NCBI GenBank assembly: GCA_041665485.1
Contig: JBAYIT010000002.1
Coordinates: 5,867-69,866 of the forward strand
Origin: Candidatus Shapirobacteria bacterium
Lineage (GTDB): Bacteria > Patescibacteriota > Microgenomatia > UBA12405
Length of the DNA stretch: 64,000 nt
Direction: 5' to 3'
Below the pieces are notes generated by a model, which was not told where the DNA came from, searched no databases, and saw only the letters and a list, made by a program, of their open reading frames with translations. The position numbers were made by a program, and so were the translations under genes. Positions 55,508-64,000 of the stretch are shown here, one piece after another; the first letter of the stretch is position 1, and the number at the start of each line of letters is the position of its first letter.

Positions 55508-57185
55508 ATAAGAACAACAACCGTACCATCGGCTCGTCCCACGACTGGACATAGTCAAAATATTTTTCCTTGTCATTCACCACTATCGGCTCAATTTCCA
55601 AACAAACATCACCCCAATCTCTCTCAAGTCTTTCAATTTTTTGCAAATACACCTTTTCTTTGCCAATTTTTTCCAAATCCAAATAGCCCCACCTCATTTC
55701 CTTTTTACATTCGGCATCCTTTATGGCAAAGCGGTAGGGGACCCGTATTAAATCATCATTACTCTTATTTATCACCATCTCAAAACCGCCAATCACATCA
55801 CCGTCCGAGGTGTGAAACATTTTTATTAACTTGCTTTTGGAACTTAAGTAACTTGGTTCCTCAACTTCTTTTAAAAATTCATCTTTATTTCTAAAATTTG
55901 TTGAAAGGTCGTAATAGCGCTTATTTATTTTGTCAACCACCCCCAAAACCAACACCAAAGCCACCAGTCCAAAAACCATCAAGTTTGCCCATTTCTTCCC
56001 CACCAATAGCCAAAATTGGCTAACCCAAAACAATAATAACGGCACCAACGGCAACAAATACCTCCCCTGCACCCCCTCAACTACGGTCGACCCCACCACT
56101 GTCCATTGTATTAAAAATGCCATCTCGATCAAGGTGTAGGTTAAGAAAATTATACTTCCAATCGAGACAAAACCAACCCAACCAATTATAGGTTTTTTTA
56201 GCTTACGAATAGTCACCACCAAAAAAGTTAATACAATCCCTACAACAATAAAGAATTGGTACAAATCAAATTCATAATCAAGCCAGCCAAAATAGCCAAG
56301 CACACCCTTAAAGTAAAAATCTCTCTTCGCCACCCACGTATCCGCCAATATTCGTCCTGCTTGCCATGGATCATGCTTAATTATTTCTAGTTGATACACG
56401 CCATTTATCAAACCAGAAGTTCCGCCACTTATATTATTTGTAAAATATTCAATAAATGCCAAAACCACCGGCACACAAGCCAGCACCACTGGCGCCACAA
56501 TCCATGGTTTTCTAATTACCACCTCTTTATACTTAGCCCAAAGAACTGCCGGTAATAGCAAAACCATTGGATAATACCCAGGCTTTACAAAAATAAACAG
56601 CGCCATCAAAATCGCTAGCAAAACCAAATTTTTCTTCAAAAAGACTGCCAATATCAAAGGCGCCAAGCACAACAAAAATACGTCGTGATTAACCCCCGTC
56701 ACCTGATGAATTACCATTGGAATCATGGCATAAGCCATAACCAGGTCCGCATATTTATCTGGAATTATCCTCAACGACAACCACACACAAATTAAAAACA
56801 ATATTAATCCAGCCATTCTCCCCAAATAAAACGATAATGCCGGATAAACCGAAAAAGATCCCGCCCACACCCCAACCTCAACTGGAAAATAACTAATATA
56901 ACTTCTCCAATCAGGCAAATAACCAAAAGTCACCATCTCCTTACTAAAATCTTTCTCCCACACCCTTTTACCGTCAAATTTTTTCTCATATCTAAAGGCC
57001 ACATCAATCACTTTAAGTTTTTCTGGTAATTTGATAAATCGAACTTGAGCTTCCCAAGGCCTTCCGCTAACTATTGCTGCCGTGTTCTGGAAATGAATCA
57101 CCTCATCAGCCTTTTGAAACGGCGGTACCAACCACACCATCACCAACCCCAGCACCACCAAATACAGCCAAAATATTTTTTTCAC
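55491..57185 (-). CDS. DUF2142-family GT-C-like membrane protein with a C-terminal soluble domain
   Basis: PPFQKADEVIHF, KPGY, LGYFGWLD, GVQGRYLLP. Confidence 0.75.
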   Translation of the reverse strand: MKKIFWLYLVVLGLVMVWLVPPFQKADEVIHFQNTAAIVSGRPWEAQVRFIKLPEKLKVIDVAFRYEKKFDGKRVWEKDFSKEMVTFGYLPDWRSYISYFPVEVGVWAGSFSVYPALSFYLGRMAGLILFLICVWLSLRIIPDKYADLVMAYAMIPMVIHQVTGVNHDVFLLCLAPLILAVFLKKNLVLLAILMALFIFVKPGYYPMVLLLPAVLWAKYKEVVIRKPWIVAPVVLACVPVVLAFIEYFTNNISGGTSGLINGVYQLEIIKHDPWQAGRILADTWVAKRDFYFKGVLGYFGWLDYEFDLYQFFIVVGIVLTFLVVTIRKLKKPIIGWVGFVSIGSIIFLTYTLIEMAFLIQWTVVGSTVVEGVQGRYLLPLVPLLLFWVSQFWLLVGKKWANLMVFGLVALVLVLGVVDKINKRYYDLSTNFRNKDEFLKEVEEPSYLSSKSKLIKMFHTSDGDVIGGFEMVINKSNDDLIRVPYRFAIKDAECKKEMRWGYLDLEKIGKEKVYLQKIERLERDWGDVCLEIEPIVVNDKEKYFDYVQSWDEPMVRLLFLSSEVN

Positions 57186-57190
57186 GCCTA

Positions 57191-57196
57191 ATTATA
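57191..57196 (-). promoter_or_regulatory. -10 box TATAAT (context TTTGGTTATAATT)
   Basis: 5 nt upstream of GTG 57185. Confidence 0.6.
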
Positions 57197-57229
57197 ACCA
57201 AATTAATAACAGAGAAAACCTACAAAAGA

Positions 57230-58216
57230 TTATTCACCATCTTTACAAGATAAATTATTTGCCCATTCACGATTATCAAGATACCATTCCACACAATTTT
57301 TAATTCCCTGATCAAAATCAACAGACGGTTCCCAACCAAACAATTTTTTTGCTTTGTTACCATTTGCCAAAGTGTCTTTTATATCTGCCTTCGAAAATTC
57401 TCGATACTCAATAACTGCTTTTTTATCAGAATATCTTTGAATTAAGTCAATCAGATATTTGAGCGAGTAAGAGGCTAAGCCACCACCCAAGTTGACAATT
57501 TCATAACCCAAAGGTTTCAAAGCCATAATCGTACCTTTGGCAATGTCATCAACATAAGTAAAATCCCGAGTTTGAGTTCCGTCACCATTTATATAAATCG
57601 GTTTTCCCTCAATGATATTTTTAATAAACTTAAAAATAACCATGTCCGGTCTACCCGCTGGTCCATAAACAGTAAAATATCTAACAATACTAATATCCAA
57701 CCCATAAAGATAATGATACGTGTAAGCCATAACCTCAGCCGATTTTTTGGATGCCGCATATGGAGAAATTGGTGAATTGACTGGCAGTGTTTCCAAAAAC
57801 GGCATCGGCTGACCTGCATATAAAGAAGAGGTTGAAGCCAACACCATTTTCTTAACCCCATACACCTTCATTAACTCCATCAAATTTAAAGTACCCATCG
57901 CATTTGTTCTCATATAAACAAAAGGATTCTCCATACTATATCTCACCCCAGCTCTAGCCGCCAAATTAATAACTCCGTCAAATTGATTTTTTCTAAATAG
58001 ACCTTCTAAATCATCAAAGTTTTCAATATCAATTTTTTTAAAACTAAAATTTTTATTTTTTGTCAATAAACCTAATCGGTATTCTTTTAATCTCACATCA
58101 TAATAGTCATTCATATTATCTACCCCTACTACACTGTCACCTCGCTCTAGCAGTTGTTGACAAACTTTTTGGCCAATAAACCCAGATGACCCAGTTACCA
58201 ATATGTTCATTTTCAT
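57230..58216 (-). CDS. NAD-dependent nucleotide-sugar epimerase (UDP-glucuronate 4-epimerase-like)
   Basis: TGSSGFIG, DNMNDYYD, LAARAGVRYS, STSSLY, YAASK, YFTVYGPAGRPDM, RDFTYVDDI. Confidence 0.88.
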   Translation of the reverse strand: MKMNILVTGSSGFIGQKVCQQLLERGDSVVGVDNMNDYYDVRLKEYRLGLLTKNKNFSFKKIDIENFDDLEGLFRKNQFDGVINLAARAGVRYSMENPFVYMRTNAMGTLNLMELMKVYGVKKMVLASTSSLYAGQPMPFLETLPVNSPISPYAASKKSAEVMAYTYHYLYGLDISIVRYFTVYGPAGRPDMVIFKFIKNIIEGKPIYINGDGTQTRDFTYVDDIAKGTIMALKPLGYEIVNLGGGLASYSLKYLIDLIQRYSDKKAVIEYREFSKADIKDTLANGNKAKKLFGWEPSVDFDQGIKNCVEWYLDNREWANNLSCKDGE

Positions 58217-58221
58217 ATTCA

Positions 58222-58248
58222 ATTATAACCAAAATAATAATGTAAAAT
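58222..58248. promoter_or_regulatory. Divergent -10 boxes: TATAAT (-, 58222-58227) and TAAAAT (+, 58243-58248)
   Basis: 5 nt before ATG 58216 and 6 nt before GTG 58255. The minus-strand box repeats the 13-mer TTTGGTTATAATT seen at 57190-57202. Confidence 0.6.
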
Positions 58249-58254
58249 AACAAA

Positions 58255-59028
58255 GTGAAATTCAGCATTGTTACTCCTTCATACAACCAAGGCCAATATA
58301 TCGAAGAAACTATCAATAGCGTTATTAGTCAAAAGGGTGATTTTGATATCGAATATTTCATCATGGACGGCAGCTCAACCGACAACACTGTTGCGATCCT
58401 AAAAAAATATTCCAAGAATTTATCCAAAAATCCGCGTATATCTTTTTATTGGCAATCTAAGAAAGACAGTGGCCAAGTTGACGCTCTTAACCAGGGCCTA
58501 GCCAAAACCAACGGCGATGTTATCGCCTACATTAACTCCGACGACTATTATCTCCCCAACGCCTTTAATACTGTTGCCAAATATTTCGAAAGCCACCCCA
58601 AAAGCCTCTGGCTAGTTGGCAATTGTCAAGTCTCCAACCCTCGTCTCGCCTGGACGTTTTTCCTTAAACATCTTTGGCCAATCCAATGTTTCAAAGACGC
58701 CTTATATGTCTTTAATACCATCAACCAACCATCCGTCTTTCTAAAAAAACCACTAGTTGATAAGGTTGGTAAGTTTAACTCCGATTACCACTACGCCTTT
58801 GATTATGATTATTGGCTCAGATGTTTGAAATTTGGCTTACCAAGTAGAATTTTTAACGGTCTTTCCGTTTTCCGCATTCACGAAAAGTCAAAAGGTAATA
58901 CAGGTTTCATCGCCCAATTTACTGAAGACAGAATAATATTAAATAACTACTATCCAAATATTATTGAAAGAAAACTTCATGATTTCGGTAAATATTTGGT
59001 TAGTCATATTTACAAAAAAATAAAATAA
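58255..59028 (+). CDS. GT2 glycosyltransferase (WcaE/WfgS-like)
   Basis: TPSYNQ, DGSSTD, YINSDD, NQPS, DYDYWLR. Confidence 0.9.
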   Translation: MKFSIVTPSYNQGQYIEETINSVISQKGDFDIEYFIMDGSSTDNTVAILKKYSKNLSKNPRISFYWQSKKDSGQVDALNQGLAKTNGDVIAYINSDDYYLPNAFNTVAKYFESHPKSLWLVGNCQVSNPRLAWTFFLKHLWPIQCFKDALYVFNTINQPSVFLKKPLVDKVGKFNSDYHYAFDYDYWLRCLKFGLPSRIFNGLSVFRIHEKSKGNTGFIAQFTEDRIILNNYYPNIIERKLHDFGKYLVSHIYKKIK

Positions 59029-60162
59029 ATGCTCAAGTCTTCTTTTAAAAGAATCGGAATTAACCTGCTCTTTTTATTTCCAGGTAAAGTCGGCGGTACT
59101 GAAATATTTGCGAGAAAATTACTTGAAATAGTCGACAAAACATTTGCCAAAGAAAACCTAGTTGTCGTTTATTGCCAAAAGGAATTTGCCAACACGGTAA
59201 ATTACCAAAACATTAAGATTTCCGTCTGTCCGATTTTTTTCTCTAACAAAATGTCTCGATTATTCTACGAGTTATTAATTCTTCCATTTGTCTTGCTTCG
59301 AGACAAAATCGATTTATTACATTCGATGGGATATACCTCGCCAATTATTACTAACTGTCCCAAAATCGTTACTATTTTTGACACGCAATATATTAGCTTT
59401 CCCAATACTATTTCTAAATTTTACAGAACCATCTATTTAATTCTAATTCCATTAATTGCCAAAACATGCGATAAAATAATTACTGTTTCAACTTTTTCAA
59501 AAAATGAAATCATCAAAAACTTAAAAGTCGATCCTGGGAAAATACAAGTAATTTATGGAGGGGTTAGTCAGATAGTCAACAAACCTGTCTCGGATCTTGA
59601 TAGAGGAAACTACATTATGACTTCTGCCGCAACTCATCCCCATAAAAATATCTTAAATTTAGTTAAAGCATTTAATACTTTAATAACAGATGAAAAATTT
59701 AAAAAATTCAAATTGATCATCTCCGGATTTCCCTCAATTGGACAAAATGATATTACCAATTTCTTAATAAAAAACAAACTTACCAACCAGGTAAAGTTTC
59801 TTGGCTGGCTAGACCACTCAAAAAACTTAGAAAAAATGTCTAAAGCCAGATTGTTTGTTTTTCCATCTTTGTACGAAGGTTTTGGCCTTCCCGCTTTGGA
59901 ATCATTGTCACTTGGAACCCCACTGGTTGTTTCCAATTCCGCCTCTTTACCAGAAGTTGTCGGTAATTCAGCCGTAATCATAAATGCTCAAAAAAGTAGA
60001 AACATCCTCCTTGGTATAAAAAAAGTTTTAACAAACCAAATCCTCCGAAACAATAATGTTAAAAACGGTCTTCAAAGAGCCAAACTGTTTGGCTGGAAAA
60101 AATCAGCTGACAAAACAATTGTTTTATATAAGTCATTTCTAAACTATGGACAATTATCTTAA
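59029..60162 (+). CDS. GT4 glycosyltransferase (MtfB-like)
   Basis: GGTE, TVSTFSK, HPHKN, PSLYEGFGLPALE. Confidence 0.9.
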   Translation: MLKSSFKRIGINLLFLFPGKVGGTEIFARKLLEIVDKTFAKENLVVVYCQKEFANTVNYQNIKISVCPIFFSNKMSRLFYELLILPFVLLRDKIDLLHSMGYTSPIITNCPKIVTIFDTQYISFPNTISKFYRTIYLILIPLIAKTCDKIITVSTFSKNEIIKNLKVDPGKIQVIYGGVSQIVNKPVSDLDRGNYIMTSAATHPHKNILNLVKAFNTLITDEKFKKFKLIISGFPSIGQNDITNFLIKNKLTNQVKFLGWLDHSKNLEKMSKARLFVFPSLYEGFGLPALESLSLGTPLVVSNSASLPEVVGNSAVIINAQKSRNILLGIKKVLTNQILRNNNVKNGLQRAKLFGWKKSADKTIVLYKSFLNYGQLS

Positions 60163-60841
60163 GTATCTTCAAAAAATCCAAAGCTCTAAAAATTTTCGCA
60201 GGAAAGTTGATTACATCGAGTACAATTTTTCTAAATATTTCAATAACAATAATATTTCCGTTTTAGAAATCGGACCAGGTTTAGGAGAATTTATCTATTA
60301 TTTAAATAAACTGAATATTAATACAATCGACATAATTGACCAAGATAAATATATCCTCAAAAATATTCAACAAAAATATAAAGTTCGCCAAATATGTTGT
60401 TCTGATATTTTAACTTCTGTAATCGAAAAACAATACGATATTATTTTTCTTTTACAAGTACTCGAACACATTCCAAAAAATAATTATCAAAAATTATTAA
60501 ATAACCTATTCAAACATCTAAATAAAAACGGAAAAATAATAATTACAGTTCCAAACGGAGGAAATCCATTCAACATTGTCGAAAGATATTCTGACCTAAC
60601 TCACGAAATATTGTTCACTGAAAACTCATTAAAAGAGTTGCCTAATTATTGCAATTTACCAAGTAATACTATCACAGAGGTCCAACCTTACAACATTCCC
60701 ACTTATTCATTAATTAATCAAACTAGAATTATATTCCAAAAACTAACTCACCTAATCATACTTTTTACATCAATATCTAACGGTGGAGTCTTTTCCAGAA
60801 TCCTAACCCCAAACATCTCCCTAATAATCACCAAAAAATAA
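60146..60841 (+). CDS. Class I SAM-dependent methyltransferase
   Basis: VLEIGPGLG, QVLEHIP, TVPN, RYSDLTH. Confidence 0.85.
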   Translation: MDNYLKYLQKIQSSKNFRRKVDYIEYNFSKYFNNNNISVLEIGPGLGEFIYYLNKLNINTIDIIDQDKYILKNIQQKYKVRQICCSDILTSVIEKQYDIIFLLQVLEHIPKNNYQKLLNNLFKHLNKNGKIIITVPNGGNPFNIVERYSDLTHEILFTENSLKELPNYCNLPSNTITEVQPYNIPTYSLINQTRIIFQKLTHLIILFTSISNGGVFSRILTPNISLIITKK

Positions 60842-61753
60842 ATGAATTTCGATACCCCCATCCTTTTCATTATCTTTAATCGTCCCGACACCACCAAGCG
60901 GGTTTTTGAAGCCATCCGTAAACTTAAACCATTATATTTGTATGTAGCAGCCGATGGTCCTCGTTTGTCACGCCCAAGCGAAAAAGATTTATGTCAACAG
61001 ACAAGAAACATCATTAAACTTGTAGACTGGCCCTGTAAAGTAAACACCCTTTTCCAAGATAACAATCTCGGATGTAAAATGGCTGTGTGTACAGCCATAA
61101 CCTGGTTTTTTAACAATGTGAAACAGGGGATAGTTCTTGAAGACGACTGTCTCCCCAACCCCTCATTCTTTCCTTACTGCAGCCAACTTCTAGACAAGTA
61201 TGCCAACGATAAAAAGATTATGACTATCAGTGGTGACAATTTTCAAATAGAAAAAAGCCATGACAGTTATTATTTTTCTAAATACTCCCACATTTGGGGG
61301 TGGGCCTCATGGGCCAGAGCCTGGAAACACTATGACGTAAAAATATCAACTTGGCCAGAAACAAGAAAAAAGGATCTTTTTAAAAAAATTTTACCAAACA
61401 TGATAGTAAAATTTTATTGGTACCAAATTTTTGACCTTGTCCACAACAATAAAATAAATACTTGGGATTATCAATGGTTATATTGTATTTGGAAAAACAA
61501 TGGGATTACCATCATACCTTCTGTTAACCTTATCTCAAATATTGGGTTTGGTAATAATCCCACTCACACTTACAACAAACACTCCTCCTTTGCCAATATG
61601 GAAACCTATAAAATGACTTTTCCTTTACTTCATCCCAAAAATCAAAAAATAAACATCAAATATGATAATTTTACCGAAAAACATCATTTCAAAATAAATC
61701 TATCCCGCTACCTTTTCATGGCTGTATATCATCGTATTTTTTCTATATTATGA
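60842..61753 (+). CDS. GT-A fold nucleotide-diphospho-sugar transferase (HlpA-like family)
   Basis: IFNRPD, AADGPR, NLGC, IVLEDDC, HIWGWASW, TWDYQW, SNIGF. Confidence 0.8.
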   Translation: MNFDTPILFIIFNRPDTTKRVFEAIRKLKPLYLYVAADGPRLSRPSEKDLCQQTRNIIKLVDWPCKVNTLFQDNNLGCKMAVCTAITWFFNNVKQGIVLEDDCLPNPSFFPYCSQLLDKYANDKKIMTISGDNFQIEKSHDSYYFSKYSHIWGWASWARAWKHYDVKISTWPETRKKDLFKKILPNMIVKFYWYQIFDLVHNNKINTWDYQWLYCIWKNNGITIIPSVNLISNIGFGNNPTHTYNKHSSFANMETYKMTFPLLHPKNQKINIKYDNFTEKHHFKINLSRYLFMAVYHRIFSIL

Positions 61754-62535
61754 GTAAACGTGAACTCTTTTTTACCATCATCACCTGTTCTAAGAATTCA
61801 TCAAGTACTATTATCAACACCATTAACTCTGTTAAAAAACAATCTTTTACTGATTATCAACATATTTTTATCGACGGTAACTCCACCGACAACACCGTAA
61901 ATATTATTAATAAATACAAATGCAACAATCAAGATAAAGTTAAACTTTTTCAATTTCCCTCCAAAGGCATTTCAGATGCTATGAATATTGGAATCGACAA
62001 ATCTAAGGGCAAGTATCTTATTCACCTTCACAGTGACGACTCGTTTTTCTCATCAAAAGTACTTAAAGACGTTCATGATTATTTGCTAAAAAATCCAAAC
62101 CTTGACTGGGTTTACGGAAAAATTAATATTATTGACCAAGATATAAATCAAAATATCGGAACTTTCCCCAATCGTAAGATATTCCAAATTGCCTCTCAAT
62201 TCCTTTTGGAACTGTTCAACTTTATTCCCCACCAAGCCGTCTTTATAAAAAAATCAGTCTTTAAAAAATTTGGATTATTCGACACTAACTTTAAGATTGC
62301 CATGGATTATGATTTTTGGATGAAGATTCATCAAGTAACTAGGTGGAAATTTACCAATATTATCGTTTCAAATTATGGAATTAGCCAAAACAGCACCTCA
62401 TCAAAGATATCAAATCGCTCCAGAGGAATTTTCGAATATCACCAAATCCATAAAAAATATTTAAGTTACCCCATGTACCTTCTCTCAGAATTTGTCCTTT
62501 TCATAATCAATAAATTTAATAAAACATACCGATGA
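61750..62535 (+). CDS. GT2 glycosyltransferase (WcaE-like)
   Basis: DGNSTD, GISDAMN, LHSDD, PHQA, MDYD. Confidence 0.9.
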   Translation: MSKRELFFTIITCSKNSSSTIINTINSVKKQSFTDYQHIFIDGNSTDNTVNIINKYKCNNQDKVKLFQFPSKGISDAMNIGIDKSKGKYLIHLHSDDSFFSSKVLKDVHDYLLKNPNLDWVYGKINIIDQDINQNIGTFPNRKIFQIASQFLLELFNFIPHQAVFIKKSVFKKFGLFDTNFKIAMDYDFWMKIHQVTRWKFTNIIVSNYGISQNSTSSKISNRSRGIFEYHQIHKKYLSYPMYLLSEFVLFIINKFNKTYR

Positions 62536-64000
62536 TAGAAATTATCTTTACTTTTACTCCACTAATTATCTTTGTTTTTCTGAGTTATTTTCTCTTCTCT
62601 CCAATTCAAAAGGTCATTGACAATAAACTATTATCGTTTTTTACCTCTCTTCTAGTCTCCCCGCTATTTATCTCTCTTTTTTACCACTTATTGATATATA
62701 TATTCCCCAATCATCAAGATATATTTTATATATTAGCCTTAGTTACATTTACCTTCCTTATCTCCATTATTTCATTGAAATTTTTTGGGAAACCCACCTT
62801 ACAGATACCAAAAGGATTGTCCCTGCCATCCTCCCCAACCAACAAACTGTTAATCCTTATCAATCTAATTATTATTTCAACCACAATTGTTAGAACCGTC
62901 TTTTGGCCCATCAACTGGGATGATCAAATACTCTATTTGCGTCAGTCATATGTCTATCACCAGACACAATCGGCTCACACTTTATATCAACTCATCCCTT
63001 ACAAAGACAACCAAATCGAATATCAAATGAACGCTTCGATTAGACCAGCTCTTCCAATAATATTTTCCCTTGGATTCTTTTTTTCCAACTCCATCAGAAC
63101 TGTTCAATATTATTGCCAATTTATGATTGTCTGGTTTTTTATTTCTCTTCTTGGTATCACTTACAGTATTGCCAAATCTATCTTTTCGCCTAACAGAACT
63201 ATTCCACAGCTTACTCTGTTTCTTATCTTAACTTGTTACTACCTTATCAATTTTACTATCTATGGTTTCAAGGAGCCATCTCTCATGGCTTTAACCTTAC
63301 TATCCCTCTATCTCATATATTATTTCAATTCAATAAAAACCCTTTCAATCATCCAACCAGTAATCCTTGGGATTACTACTGGCCTAGTTTGCTTCATCAA
63401 CTATTCCGGGTCAGTTTTATCTTCGATTATTATTATCATCTACTTCCTCTACGTCCATAAAAATTTGCTTATTAAAATTAAGTATGTCTCAGTATTAATT
63501 ATCAGCCTGATGCTTTTTAGTTTCTGTGAACCAATAATTTTCCTCTCCTGGGTAGTAGCCGGAATCATACCAAAAAGCGACACTCAAATTATCAACGAAT
63601 CAAATTTACCGCCTCAATCAAATTATCAAGAAATCTCTCGAGAAACTCACTATTTTATTTCCCAAATGACAACAGCCATCATCGATGGTCAAAAATCTAA
63701 GAACACAGAGTCGTCTGGATACAAAATACTTCAAGATAGTAACTTTGATTATTTAATCAAAGGCAAACTTCAAGGCTTATTTCAAATTCAATTCTATGGA
63801 CCTGTGATTATATTTTTCCTTATAGTTTTACTTATTAATTTTAAATCTGTTGTCTCCATTTCTTTCAACCGCCTGCTACTTATATTTTTATTATTGTATT
63901 GCACCATTTTTTTCGACCCGTTCAACCTAAACCCAAATCGATATTCTTATGTTCTCAACATCAGTCCCAAATATACCATCATGCTTATCCCTATACTAGC
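62532..64000 (+). CDS. Partial (3'-truncated by the window) polytopic membrane protein, probable GT-C glycosyltransferase; absent from the supplied ORF track
   Basis: Manual translation from ATG 62532 (ATGA overlap) is stop-free to the window end: MIEIIFTF...VFWPINWDDQILY...IRP...GFKE...INYSG...SPKY. Confidence 0.7.
   Translation, partial: MIEIIFTFTPLIIFVFLSYFLFSPIQKVIDNKLLSFFTSLLVSPLFISLFYHLLIYIFPNHQDIFYILALVTFTFLISIISLKFFGKPTLQIPKGLSLPSSPTNKLLILINLIIISTTIVRTVFWPINWDDQILYLRQSYVYHQTQSAHTLYQLIPYKDNQIEYQMNASIRPALPIIFSLGFFFSNSIRTVQYYCQFMIVWFFISLLGITYSIAKSIFSPNRTIPQLTLFLILTCYYLINFTIYGFKEPSLMALTLLSLYLIYYFNSIKTLSIIQPVILGITTGLVCFINYSGSVLSSIIIIIYFLYVHKNLLIKIKYVSVLIISLMLFSFCEPIIFLSWVVAGIIPKSDTQIINESNLPPQSNYQEISRETHYFISQMTTAIIDGQKSKNTESSGYKILQDSNFDYLIKGKLQGLFQIQFYGPVIIFFLIVLLINFKSVVSISFNRLLLIFLLLYCTIFFDPFNLNPNRYSYVLNISPKYTIMLIPIL

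Noticed and set aside
60842-61753. 'Hemolytic protein HlpA' virulence interpretation
   Set aside because: The motifs (LEDDC, WGWA) and operon context indicate a GT-A sugar transferase; nothing in the sequence supports a toxin.
1-64000. Alternative genetic code (TGA=Gly) as in some CPR lineages
   Set aside because: Genes are full-length under code 11, and TGA terminates several of them in ATGA overlaps.

Overview
The whole 64 kb is one very large, tightly packed cell-surface glycosylation locus of about 55 genes. It is AT-rich and read in the standard code (TGA is used as stop). It contains about 20 polytopic GT-C-fold membrane glycosyltransferases: an ArnT/PMT-like paralog family, four HxD-type GT87/ALG-like enzymes, two YfhO/PTPS-related proteins, a TMTC-like TPR fusion and a DUF2142 protein. 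It also contains about 20 soluble GT2/GT4/GT-A enzymes, a Wzx flippase, a Wzm/Wzt ABC exporter, two B12-binding radical SAM enzymes, three class I methyltransferases, an acyltransferase-3, an NDP-sugar epimerase, a YvcK/CofD-family protein and a few small accessory ORFs. Gene content, strong C>G skew on the + strand, lack of obvious Shine-Dalgarno motifs and -10 boxes directly in front of start codons suggest a Patescibacteria (CPR, Microgenomates-like) genome; this is an inference. Features not explained by the gene list are: (i) about ten degenerate 7-nt and 8-nt tandem arrays inside open reading frames, some at homologous positions of paralogs; (ii) two motif-lacking GT-C paralogs, each coupled to an intact one; (iii) leaderless and bidirectional -10 promoters. 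No rRNA, tRNA, CRISPR array or IS element was recognised. All family calls come from motif recognition by eye, not database searches.
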